A program made the translations under genes and the position numbers. 64,000 bases of DNA from Chitinophagaceae bacterium (GTDB lineage: Bacteria; Bacteroidota; Bacteroidia; Chitinophagales; Chitinophagaceae): positions 8,549-72,548 of the forward strand of contig CANCSS010000004.1 in NCBI GenBank assembly GCA_947380905.1, written 5' to 3'. The notes beneath the pieces are model-generated. The model did not search any database and was not told the DNA's origin. It was given only the letters and a program-made list of their open reading frames with translations. This document shows, piece by piece, positions 39,404 through 48,834 of this stretch. Position 1 is the stretch's first letter; the number at the start of each line of letters is the position of its first letter.

Positions 39404-40903
39404 TTAAGCAACAATTTCATTAATCACTCTGCCGTGAACATCTGTTAATCTAAATTGTCTTCCTTGAGAAGTGTAGGTTAGTTTTTCATGATCAAAACCC
39501 AATTGGTTTAAAATGGTTGCTTGCATATCGTGCGCAGTCACTTTTCCGCTTATGGCACTGTATCCAATTTCATCCGTCTCTCCAAAACTACTTCCTTGTT
39601 TAATTCCACCACCCGCCATCCAAGTAGTAAAAGCTTCTGTATGATGATCTCTGCCCTTAAAAGGCATTGATTTCCCATCTCTGTTTTCTTGCATTGGGGT
39701 GCGTCCAAATTCTCCACCCCATACCACCAATGTTTCGTCTAATAAGCCTCTTTGTTTTAGATCTAACAACAATGCGGTGATGGGCTTGTCTATATTTCTA
39801 CATTTGTTTACCAATCCAATGTCAACGGCAGTACTGCCATCTGTGCCATGACTGTCCCAACCCCAATCAAACAATTGTACAAAGCGTACCCCTTTTTCTA
39901 CCAACTTACGGGCCAATAAAACATTGTTGGCAAAACTTGCTTTGCCTGGTTGCGTACCATACATTTCGTGGATATAAGCAGGTTCGTCATTGATGTTCAT
40001 TACATCAGGAACTGAAATTTGCATTTTAAATGCCATTTCATATTGCGCCATTCTAGCAATGATCTCCGGATCTTGAAATTCATTGTAGGTTAATTGATTC
40101 GCTTCGTTGATGGCATCGATGGATGCTTTGCGTAAATCTCGATCTATGCCTGCAGGATCTTTTAAAAATAAAACAGGATCCCCTTCATTGCGACATTGCA
40201 CGCCTTGATATACAGATGGTAAAAAGCCACTTCCCCAAACACTTTTTCCCGCATCTGGATTATTTCCACCCGATGTAAGCACTACAAATCCTGGCAGATT
40301 GCTGTTCTCACTTCCTAGACCATAGGTAACCCAGGCACCAATACTAGGTCGGCCTAAACGGGGCGAACCGGTATGCATTAATAATTGTGCTGGACCATGA
40401 TTGAATTGATCGGTCTGTACTGCTTTTAAAAAACTTATTTCGTCTGCTACCGTTGCTAAATGAGGAAGGTTATCGGATATCCAAGCGCCACTTTGGCCCC
40501 TTTGTTTAAACACGGCTTGTGGTCCTAACATTTTTGGTACGCCTCTTATAAATGCGAATTTTTTTCCTTCCAATAAACTTTGCGGACAATCTTGACCATC
40601 TAATTTTAATAAGTCAGGTTTAAAATCAAACAATTCTAATTGAGAGGGCGCTCCTGCCATGTGCAAGTAAATAACTGATTTTGCTTTTCCAATAAAATGA
40701 GGCGCACGCGCCATTAAAGGATTGGTATTTGTAAAATTGCCAAAGCTGTCTTTGTTTCCTAGCCAATCACAGCCTTGTAACATGGAGCCCAATGCCATTG
40801 CACCCATCCCCGAAAAACATTCTTTAAAAAAATATTTTCTGGTGATATGTTCGGTGGTCGCAATGGTCGCCTCCTTAATTATTTTTTTATTTTCTTTACT
40901 CAT
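39404..40903 (-). CDS. DUF1501 family protein (copy 1), probable Tat lipoprotein
   Basis: KAKSVIYLHMAGAPSQLELFD, NHGPA, WDSH, WGGEFGRTP, RDHH and RLTDV motifs; LQGC lipobox. Confidence 0.9.
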   Translation of the reverse strand: MSKENKKIIKEATIATTEHITRKYFFKECFSGMGAMALGSMLQGCDWLGNKDSFGNFTNTNPLMARAPHFIGKAKSVIYLHMAGAPSQLELFDFKPDLLKLDGQDCPQSLLEGKKFAFIRGVPKMLGPQAVFKQRGQSGAWISDNLPHLATVADEISFLKAVQTDQFNHGPAQLLMHTGSPRLGRPSIGAWVTYGLGSENSNLPGFVVLTSGGNNPDAGKSVWGSGFLPSVYQGVQCRNEGDPVLFLKDPAGIDRDLRKASIDAINEANQLTYNEFQDPEIIARMAQYEMAFKMQISVPDVMNINDEPAYIHEMYGTQPGKASFANNVLLARKLVEKGVRFVQLFDWGWDSHGTDGSTAVDIGLVNKCRNIDKPITALLLDLKQRGLLDETLVVWGGEFGRTPMQENRDGKSMPFKGRDHHTEAFTTWMAGGGIKQGSSFGETDEIGYSAISGKVTAHDMQATILNQLGFDHEKLTYTSQGRQFRLTDVHGRVINEIVA

Positions 40904-40907
40904 TCCA

Positions 40908-43664
40908 TTAATTTTTTGTCAAAAATTCATCCGTATTTAATAAAGCAGTTGCCACCATCACCAAAGCTGCCCCAGAAGGCCCTGCTTTTTTATCACCTGT
41001 GATTTGTTCTATTTTTATGGTGTCTTGACTATATTTTGCAAAAGCATTGTTGTATAATTTTTCAAAAACTTTTTGTTTTTCTGGTGAAATTGTTTTGTTA
41101 AAAGCCAGCTCATAGCCCATACTTATCTGTTTGCTTGCATTTTGTGGCACCATGGATTTAATTCTTTGTGCAAAATGTTGAGCTGCTTCAATGTAAACAG
41201 AATCGTTTAATAAATTTAATGCTTGCAAAGGTGTATTGGTTCTAATTCTTCTCACCGTACATACTTCTCTACTGGTTCCATCAAAACTTAACATGGTTGG
41301 ATAAGGAGCAGATCTTTTCAAAAAGGTATACAAAGCCCTTCTGTATTGATTGCCTTCTTTGCTTAAATTCCAGGTAGCTCCATTGTAAGGCGATTTCCAA
41401 ACACCTTCAGGTTGATAAGGCATGACACTAGGGCCATACATTTTTGCACTTAACAACCCACTCACTGCCAATGCTTGATCTCTAATTTGTTCTGCAGACA
41501 ATCTTATGCGTGGCCCCCTTGCATAATATTTATTGAATGGATCTTTTAACACCGCCTCTTTATTAAATCTTGAATCTTGCTGATAGGTAGCACTCATCAC
41601 TACTTCTTTGATTGTTTTTTTCAAACTCCATTGATGCGTATTCATCAACTGATAGGAGAAATAATTTAATAAACTTTCATGGGTAGGTGCAATGCCTTGA
41701 GTCCCTAAGTCTTCTAAAGTTTCTGCAATGCCTTGACCAAACAATTGCTCCCAAATTCTATTTACAATGGTTCTAGAGGTAAGTGGATTTTTTTTATCCG
41801 TCAACCACATGGCCATTCCAAGTCGATTGCGCGGAGCACCTGCTGGCAATCCACCTAAGGAAGCAGGAACATCTGCTGTCACCTCTTTTCCTTTCACCAA
41901 CCAATTTCCCCTTTCAAATACATTGGTAGTTCTTGATAGGTTGAATGGATTCTCCATCATGATGGGGGTCTCCGTTGTATTTTTTGAATACAATAATGAA
42001 TCGAAATTTTTATAAGCGGTTTCAAAACCTGCCAAGTCTTTTCCTGGAAATGGATTGGTAAAATGAAACCAATCAAATTGAATACCACTTTCATCTGGAC
42101 CTTTTAAAAGGGAGTTGCTGTAGGTTAAATAAAAAGAATGTCTGCCGATGGTTTGCGGGATAGTTATCGTCGCAATTTTCCAAGCACCTTTAGAATTTTC
42201 AACTGGAATATTTTTTACGATTTCGCCATTAGCGGAATCGATGCGAATTTGAAAATGACCACCTTGCTTCCAACTAATATATCTATAGTACAACTGTGTA
42301 AAGCCGGTTAAATCTATATTTTTTATTCTAGCAGATCCATGGTTTCTAAACTGCAACCATTTGGTATCGGCTAAAGCACCATTTTTTATTTCATCAGCAA
42401 CCAAAGAATTGATGGCAGGTTGACCCGTTTTTACAAATTGAATGATTTCTTTTTCTCTTGTGGGAGCATTGCTGTGCAACCAATTTCTTAAAGCAACCAA
42501 TTTGATACTATCGGTATTGTGAAACTCTTTTAACACGGGGTATTCTGCCCAGGTATCTTCATCTCGAGTATTATTGAACAAGGCTAAAAATTTATAATAC
42601 TCCTCTTGTCTAAAAGGATCATAAGGATGACTGTGGCATTGCACGCAGGCAAAACTAGTTCCCATTATACTTACCCAAGTAGTGTTGACTCTATCTATGA
42701 CAGCGGCAGTTCTAAATTCTTCATTGTCTGTACCTCCCTCATCATTGGTTAAAGTGTTGCGATGAAAAGCAGTCGCAATGTATTGTGCATCTGTAGGATT
42801 GGGTAATAAGTCTCCCGCCAACTGCTCCGTTAAAAAAATATTATAAGGTTTATCGGTATTAAAAGCATCGATTAACCAATCACGATACCTCCAAATATTT
42901 CTAGCATCATCTTTTTCAAATCCTTTGGTATCTGCATACCTGGCCATGTCCATCCACATACTGGTCCACTTCTCACCATATTTAGGCAATGCCAATAATT
43001 CATCTACCAATGTTTCAAATGCATTTTCTTTTGTGCTTGATAAATATTTTTTTGCAATCGCATCTGGGGCAGGCATTCCAATGATATCTAAACTTACTCT
43101 TCTTAATAGCGTTGCTTTGTCTGCCATTTCCGAAGGCGTTAATTTTTCTTGTTTTAATTTTTCATAAATAAAAGCATCTACATTGTTTTTGATCCATTTG
43201 GGTTTGCCAAATAATCCAAAAGGTCCTTTCCCAATAGTAGGAATCGGTGTTTCTTTTACAGGCACATAAGCCCAATGGTCTCCCCATTCAGCTCCTTGAT
43301 TGATCCATTTTATTAATAAGGCAATTTCCTCGTTGCTTAAAGGGGGATGCTTATAAGGCATACGCTCCTCAGGGTCTTTTAAATAAAGACGTTTGATCAT
43401 TTCACTATTACTGGCATCTCCTGGAATGATGGCCACTTTGCCTGATTTATTTTTGGCAAGTGCATCTGATCTAAATAGCAAGCTAAAACCACTTTGTCTT
43501 TTTACACCACCATGGCAGGTGATACATTTTTTATTTAAAAGGGGTTTGATTTCTGCATTAAAATCAACCTTATTATTGCTTACAAAATAACTAGATACAA
43601 CCGTAACCAAAATAACAGAAGAGACCACTATCCAATAAGCGGTGGGTATTTTAATAAAACGCAT
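40908..43664 (-). CDS. PSCyt1/DUF1549(PSCyt2)/DUF1553(PSD1) di-heme protein with CBM6-like insert (copy 1)
   Basis: CITCH...RMP, HWAY, RYRDW, CVQCHSHPYDP, NPLTSR and TPLQAL motifs. Confidence 0.9.
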   Translation of the reverse strand: MRFIKIPTAYWIVVSSVILVTVVSSYFVSNNKVDFNAEIKPLLNKKCITCHGGVKRQSGFSLLFRSDALAKNKSGKVAIIPGDASNSEMIKRLYLKDPEERMPYKHPPLSNEEIALLIKWINQGAEWGDHWAYVPVKETPIPTIGKGPFGLFGKPKWIKNNVDAFIYEKLKQEKLTPSEMADKATLLRRVSLDIIGMPAPDAIAKKYLSSTKENAFETLVDELLALPKYGEKWTSMWMDMARYADTKGFEKDDARNIWRYRDWLIDAFNTDKPYNIFLTEQLAGDLLPNPTDAQYIATAFHRNTLTNDEGGTDNEEFRTAAVIDRVNTTWVSIMGTSFACVQCHSHPYDPFRQEEYYKFLALFNNTRDEDTWAEYPVLKEFHNTDSIKLVALRNWLHSNAPTREKEIIQFVKTGQPAINSLVADEIKNGALADTKWLQFRNHGSARIKNIDLTGFTQLYYRYISWKQGGHFQIRIDSANGEIVKNIPVENSKGAWKIATITIPQTIGRHSFYLTYSNSLLKGPDESGIQFDWFHFTNPFPGKDLAGFETAYKNFDSLLYSKNTTETPIMMENPFNLSRTTNVFERGNWLVKGKEVTADVPASLGGLPAGAPRNRLGMAMWLTDKKNPLTSRTIVNRIWEQLFGQGIAETLEDLGTQGIAPTHESLLNYFSYQLMNTHQWSLKKTIKEVVMSATYQQDSRFNKEAVLKDPFNKYYARGPRIRLSAEQIRDQALAVSGLLSAKMYGPSVMPYQPEGVWKSPYNGATWNLSKEGNQYRRALYTFLKRSAPYPTMLSFDGTSREVCTVRRIRTNTPLQALNLLNDSVYIEAAQHFAQRIKSMVPQNASKQISMGYELAFNKTISPEKQKVFEKLYNNAFAKYSQDTIKIEQITGDKKAGPSGAALVMVATALLNTDEFLTKN

Positions 43665-43959
43665 TCGTACTCAATATTAATCAACGATTAAGTTATATCA
43701 TTTTTTAATAATAATCAATTCTTGTTCAATGATTTAAGTCCACCATTTCATTAGTTTACTAAAATTAAATGTTAAGAAAAACATAAAATTCGAATTAATA
43801 AGAAAAAAAATAATTGCGCTTACAAACTGATAGTCAATAGTTTAAAAACGAGATGCAAGTGACACTTGGCTTTAGTATTTTAAAGAAATGAGAATATATG
43901 AGAATTATATGTAATTTTTATATGTCGATTTGCATATTAAAAAACCAAACCAAACCAAT

Positions 43960-44763
43960 ATGAAAAAAATCTATCAACAAATCCTTGATTTCCCCCAGAT
44001 GGTAAATCAAAAGGTTTTGAATGCGCAGTTAAATGCAGCAGTGGATAATTTCGATTCTCAACATGGGGTTAGATCTTATACCAAAAGTATCTACCAGATT
44101 GTCTCCATGGCGGTGTTTATTCTTATGGAAGTAGCCATTATTCATGGCGCTATGACTTATTTTAGCAATCCAGCTACTGGCCTTGCCAAATTAGGCAGTG
44201 TGCTTACTACTCTTTTGCTGGTTTATTCTGCCTTTCCCATTGCACACATTATTAGAGCCAGAGGTGAAAGCCTAGGCGCTTCTCATAATGGCATGGTAGG
44301 TTTTATTTTTAAAGATTTTGTTACCACCAATATTAGAATAGTAGGGGAAGTGGCAGCAGTAGGGGCTTTTATTGGCGCTTGTTGCTTCACTTTGTCTTTC
44401 GTATTTGACAGTAATTTATACAATGCCGCTGCTGAAGTGCCTTTAAGCGCTGTGAGCGGGGTAGCTGGTTTGCCTATGGATGGATTAAACACTTTATTTA
44501 ATGCTTTAAAATTAGAGTACTTGACTACCGTGTTACATACATTTACTGGTTTTAAAATGGCTGGTACGCAAAACTTTACTGGTGATATGTTATGGAACAT
44601 CAATGACGTATTACTAGTAGGGGGTGCTTTTGTAAATGTAGTAGCTGGTTTAGTTGTTTTGTATGTAAACCTGGCTATTTATCATTTCTTATACAGCATC
44701 GTTGCTAACTTTATTAAATGGATTCAAAGCCCTTCTATTCCAATTTCAATGAAAAGCAAATAG
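43960..44763 (+). CDS. Hypothetical polytopic membrane protein
   Basis: ATG at 43960 after an A/C-rich leader; several TM segments; followed by a terminator. Confidence 0.7.
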   Translation: MKKIYQQILDFPQMVNQKVLNAQLNAAVDNFDSQHGVRSYTKSIYQIVSMAVFILMEVAIIHGAMTYFSNPATGLAKLGSVLTTLLLVYSAFPIAHIIRARGESLGASHNGMVGFIFKDFVTTNIRIVGEVAAVGAFIGACCFTLSFVFDSNLYNAAAEVPLSAVSGVAGLPMDGLNTLFNALKLEYLTTVLHTFTGFKMAGTQNFTGDMLWNINDVLLVGGAFVNVVAGLVVLYVNLAIYHFLYSIVANFIKWIQSPSIPISMKSK

Positions 44764-44788
44764 TAGCGGAATAAAAATTTAAAATTTT

Positions 44789-44822
44789 GCCCTGCTTCGA
44801 GACATCGAGGCGGGGCTTTTTT
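44789..44822 (+). terminator. Rho-independent terminator
   Basis: GCCCTGCTTCGA-gaca-TCGAGGCGGGGC (with G-U pairs) followed by a T run. Confidence 0.75.
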
Positions 44823-45495
44823 ATGGAAGAATTTTTCCATCTTCCATATGAATGATGCGATGGGTTCGTTCAGCAAAGCTGGGGTCGTGTGTCACAATTA
44901 ATAAAGTTTGGTTAAACTCATCGGATAATTTATTAAAAATATCAAATACCAAGTCGCTATTTTTTTTATCTAAATTCCCAGTGGGTTCGTCCCCCATAAT
45001 AATATGTGGGTCGTTAATAAGGGCTCTGGCAATGGCTACTCTTTGTTTTTCTCCTCCTGAAATATGGTTTGATTTTTTTAAAGCCAATTGTTCAATACCC
45101 AATATTTTTAATTTTTCCATGGCACGATGTTCTACTTCTTCCCTACTGTATTTATTGAGCTTTAAACCAGGCAGCATTACATTTTCTAAAACATTGAATT
45201 CGTTTAATAAATAATGAAACTGAAAAACAAATCCAATTTTTTCATTTCTTATCTTAGCCAAAAAAGCTTCATTCTTTTTTGGCATCTCTTCTCCATCAAT
45301 GAATAAGGTCCCTTCATAATCCGTATCCATCGTAGACAATACATACAATAGTGTTGATTTTCCACAACCCGATTTTCCTGTTAAAGAAACAAATTCTCCT
45401 TTATTGATACTAAAGGTCAAGTCCGCTAATACCTGTATGCGGACAGGATCATGAAAGAATTTATTGATATTTTTTGCTTCTAATATTTTGTTCAT
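44821..45495 (-). CDS. ABC transporter ATP-binding protein (LolD/MacB-like)
   Basis: GKSGCGKST, GFVFQF, SGGEKQR, DEPTGNLD and VTHD motifs. Confidence 0.92.
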   Translation of the reverse strand: MNKILEAKNINKFFHDPVRIQVLADLTFSINKGEFVSLTGKSGCGKSTLLYVLSTMDTDYEGTLFIDGEEMPKKNEAFLAKIRNEKIGFVFQFHYLLNEFNVLENVMLPGLKLNKYSREEVEHRAMEKLKILGIEQLALKKSNHISGGEKQRVAIARALINDPHIIMGDEPTGNLDKKNSDLVFDIFNKLSDEFNQTLLIVTHDPSFAERTHRIIHMEDGKILP

Positions 45496-45496
45496 G

Positions 45497-46756
45497 TTAT
45501 TTTCCTCTTATAATCACTACCGGATCAATTTTACTTGCTTTGCGTGCTGGAAACCAACCAGCTAGATAAGTGGTAATTAATGAAAACACAATCCCTATCA
45601 TATAAAATTTGGGGTTGTAATTGATAGGATAGGTTTTAATCGTAGGCAAAGAAGCGGTATTAAATGGAATTTGATCAATGGTAGCAGATAGGCCAAAACC
45701 AAATAAGAGCCCTACTATTCCACCAAAAAATCCGATAGAAATAGCAATATAAATGAAAACTCTTTTTACATCGTTCCCAGAAAAACCGGTGGCTTTTAAA
45801 ATAGCAATAGAATCCATCTTTTCAAAAATCATCATATTCAGAATATTGTAAATGCCAAAACCTGCCACAATCAATAAAGTAATACCTACTGAATAAGAAA
45901 TTAAAGTTCTTATAGAACTTCCTGTTTCAAATTGTGAATTTGCGGTTTGAATGTCTTCTGCGTCTGTTTGAAACAATTGTTCATATTCTTTGGCCACTTT
46001 GGGCGCTTGCGTAATGTCTTTTAATTTTACTTGAATGCTGGTAATGTAATCTTTAGGCACCGACAATATTTTTTGAACCGTATTAATGGAAGCATAGCTT
46101 TGGACATTATCAAAATCTTTAATCCCCGACTGGAAAGTACCTACTACTTTTAATTGAAAACGATCTCCTTTGGACGTGGTAATTTGAACTGCATCGCCAA
46201 TACCCACCAACAATTTATCAGCCAATCCTTTTCCCAATATAATTCCATTGCTTACATTGTCTAAATCGGCCGAATTCCCGGCGGTTACATATTCGTCAAA
46301 GTGGTATAATTTACTTTCTTCAGTTGAATTGATTCCAAAAATACTTCCAGTGATATCTATACTCCCATCATTAAAAAATACTTGCGCAGTCACTTTTGGA
46401 GACAAGCCCAATACACGCGTATCTTTTTTTATAGTTTCCATAATCGCTGCACTATTATAAATGGCTTGGCGACTCGCATCAGATTTGATAGAACCAATAA
46501 AGTTATGCGCATTTTTATATGCTGCATTACTATTGATAGGCTGATTCTTATTGGGTTTAATGTCATTGTATATTCTGACATGTGCAGTACGATTCAGGAT
46601 AAGACCATCCAATAAATCGTTTAATCCTGACATGAAACTTAATAAGGTAATAAACATGGTAATGCTGAAAGTAACACCCACTGCCGCTACTAGGGTTTGT
46701 TTCCATCTTGCTAATAACAACGATTTAGCAATACTTACTAGCAGCTTATTTCTCAT
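45497..46756 (-). CDS. ABC permease (MacB/FtsX/LolE-like)
   Basis: One TM + periplasmic domain + three TM; IAILKATG and PARKASKIDPV motifs. Confidence 0.9.
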   Translation of the reverse strand: MRNKLLVSIAKSLLLARWKQTLVAAVGVTFSITMFITLLSFMSGLNDLLDGLILNRTAHVRIYNDIKPNKNQPINSNAAYKNAHNFIGSIKSDASRQAIYNSAAIMETIKKDTRVLGLSPKVTAQVFFNDGSIDITGSIFGINSTEESKLYHFDEYVTAGNSADLDNVSNGIILGKGLADKLLVGIGDAVQITTSKGDRFQLKVVGTFQSGIKDFDNVQSYASINTVQKILSVPKDYITSIQVKLKDITQAPKVAKEYEQLFQTDAEDIQTANSQFETGSSIRTLISYSVGITLLIVAGFGIYNILNMMIFEKMDSIAILKATGFSGNDVKRVFIYIAISIGFFGGIVGLLFGFGLSATIDQIPFNTASLPTIKTYPINYNPKFYMIGIVFSLITTYLAGWFPARKASKIDPVVIIRGK

Positions 46757-47856
46757 TGAATGGATTTTACTAATGCATCCTTTTCGGTAATTCCAGCAAC
46801 TATTTCTACTTTTTCATAATCCATCAATCCTATTTTTATTTTTCTTTTTTCTTTATTCGCTAAGTAAACATATTCATTATCAATTAAAAAAGCACGAGGA
46901 ATGGTAAGTGCTTTATCTTTTACTTCGATGATGATATTGGCCTGAGCACTTAAATTAGGGAATAAATTTTTAGAGGGATTGGTAAATAAGGCATCCACTT
47001 TAAATGATTTTGTTTTTTCATTCATTAGGGGATAAATTTTTTCAATCACTGCTTCAAAGGTTTCGTCTTTATAACTATCCATTGAAATGATTGCTTTTTG
47101 ACCTGTTTTTAATTTAGCTATATCATATTCGTCTACTTGTAATTCAATATAAAATTTATTGGCATCTCCAATGATGGCAACAGGAGTTTGAGTAGTAATC
47201 ATTTCGCCTTTATCTTTTGACAAACTGTATACCCTGCCTGCTATTTCACTCTTTACTACATAATCATTCATAGAGGTGGAGGAGATGGCGGCACTTTTTT
47301 CTGTTTGTTTAGATTGAAAGGCTATCTGTTTTTTTAAATCGTTTAATTTTAATTCACTTGCATTATAAAGCGCTACCGAATTTTTATAGGAAAGCGCTCT
47401 TTGTTCTAGATCATTTTTTGTCCCAATTTCATTACTCCATAATTTCTTTTGACGTTCTAACAAAGACAAATCGTTTTCCATTTTTAATTTTGCTACTTCC
47501 AATTCTGTTAGTGCTTGATTTAATTTTTCTTGGTTAGCATTTTCCGAACTGTAATTGGCTAATAGTTTTGCATTTTCAAAACTTAATTCCTGGGCTTTAT
47601 TAGCTAATTTTAAAATGGGCTGACCCTTACTTACGACAGCTCCCTCTTTCACTAAAATTTGTTCTACGATACCATTTACTTTTGAATATACTTCATATTG
47701 GGCAACGCTTTTAATGGTTCCAGAGGCATAGACAGAATGGGTGATTTTGTGGATGGTTGGGTAGATAGCTACAGGCTTTTTACCACAGGCGCTAAGTAGG
47801 ATTAATAGCAGTGTTATATAGAGGTGGTTACTACTGAAATTGAGTTTATATTTCAT
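46753..47856 (-). CDS. Efflux periplasmic adaptor (HlyD/MacA-like) lipoprotein
   Basis: LSAC lipobox; lipoyl motif VKEGAVVSKGQ, coiled coil and VDEYDI. Confidence 0.88.
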   Translation of the reverse strand: MKYKLNFSSNHLYITLLLILLSACGKKPVAIYPTIHKITHSVYASGTIKSVAQYEVYSKVNGIVEQILVKEGAVVSKGQPILKLANKAQELSFENAKLLANYSSENANQEKLNQALTELEVAKLKMENDLSLLERQKKLWSNEIGTKNDLEQRALSYKNSVALYNASELKLNDLKKQIAFQSKQTEKSAAISSTSMNDYVVKSEIAGRVYSLSKDKGEMITTQTPVAIIGDANKFYIELQVDEYDIAKLKTGQKAIISMDSYKDETFEAVIEKIYPLMNEKTKSFKVDALFTNPSKNLFPNLSAQANIIIEVKDKALTIPRAFLIDNEYVYLANKEKRKIKIGLMDYEKVEIVAGITEKDALVKSIQ

Positions 47857-47940
47857 AGTATAAAGTTATGATTTATTTAGAAGTTCTTAATTGAATAAAT
47901 TGCTTTTTTAGTATATTTATAAACAACTATATGCGTTTAG

Positions 47941-48774
47941 ATGTTTACAGCTTTCCCCTCTTTTAGGTATTTAATTTTATCCCACTTATTTGTATTGGCC
48001 TCTACCTTACAGGCGCATTCTTTTTTTAATGATGTTATCAAGTTAGATACGCCATTGATTAAATCTTATACCGTTACATACACCAAACATCCTATTCAAA
48101 TAGATGGCAAAATAAACGATCCTGCCTGGAAAAGGGCGGAATGGAGCGACTTGTTTGTAGACATTGAAGGAGATCAGAAGCCCAAACCACTGTATGATAC
48201 CAAAGTGAAACTATTGTGGGACAGTCAATATTTATACATCGCAGCTTATTTAAAAGAGCCTCATTTATGGGCTACGCTAAAAAATCATGATGACATTATT
48301 TATAGAGACCATGATTTTGAAGTTTTTATTGATCCTAATAATGACGAAAATCAGTATTTCGAAATCGAAATCAATACCCTTGGAACGGTGATGGATTTAT
48401 TTATGTTTAAATCCTATAAAAAAGGAGGTCCCATGGATATGTCTTGGAATACCAGTGGTATGAAAAGTGCTGTTACCTATGTTGGCACGCTTAATGACAA
48501 CCGAGATATAGACCAGGGCTGGTATGTTGAAATGGCCATTCCTTATGATTGTTTAAAAAAACCAGGCCGCAATTATTTGCCTCAAATCAATACGCCTTGG
48601 CGCATTGATTTTTCTAGAGTGGAATGGACCCTAGAGAAAGAAGGTCTAGGATATACCAAAAAATTACAAACCAATGGGAAGCCTATTCCAGAATTCAATT
48701 GGGTATGGTCACCAATTGGCTTCATTGACATGCATATTCCCAATCGATGGGGTTATTTATATTTTAAGCAATAG
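47941..48774 (+). CDS. Carbohydrate-binding family 9-like protein
   Basis: IDGKINDPAW, TKVKLLWD, DFEVFIDP, EMAIP and WVWSP motifs. Confidence 0.82.
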   Translation: MFTAFPSFRYLILSHLFVLASTLQAHSFFNDVIKLDTPLIKSYTVTYTKHPIQIDGKINDPAWKRAEWSDLFVDIEGDQKPKPLYDTKVKLLWDSQYLYIAAYLKEPHLWATLKNHDDIIYRDHDFEVFIDPNNDENQYFEIEINTLGTVMDLFMFKSYKKGGPMDMSWNTSGMKSAVTYVGTLNDNRDIDQGWYVEMAIPYDCLKKPGRNYLPQINTPWRIDFSRVEWTLEKEGLGYTKKLQTNGKPIPEFNWVWSPIGFIDMHIPNRWGYLYFKQ

Positions 48775-48834
48775 TATTAAATTTATTTCTTCTAATCGAA
48801 TCCACTTTTATCTAACTTCTTTCAAATTAGCTTC

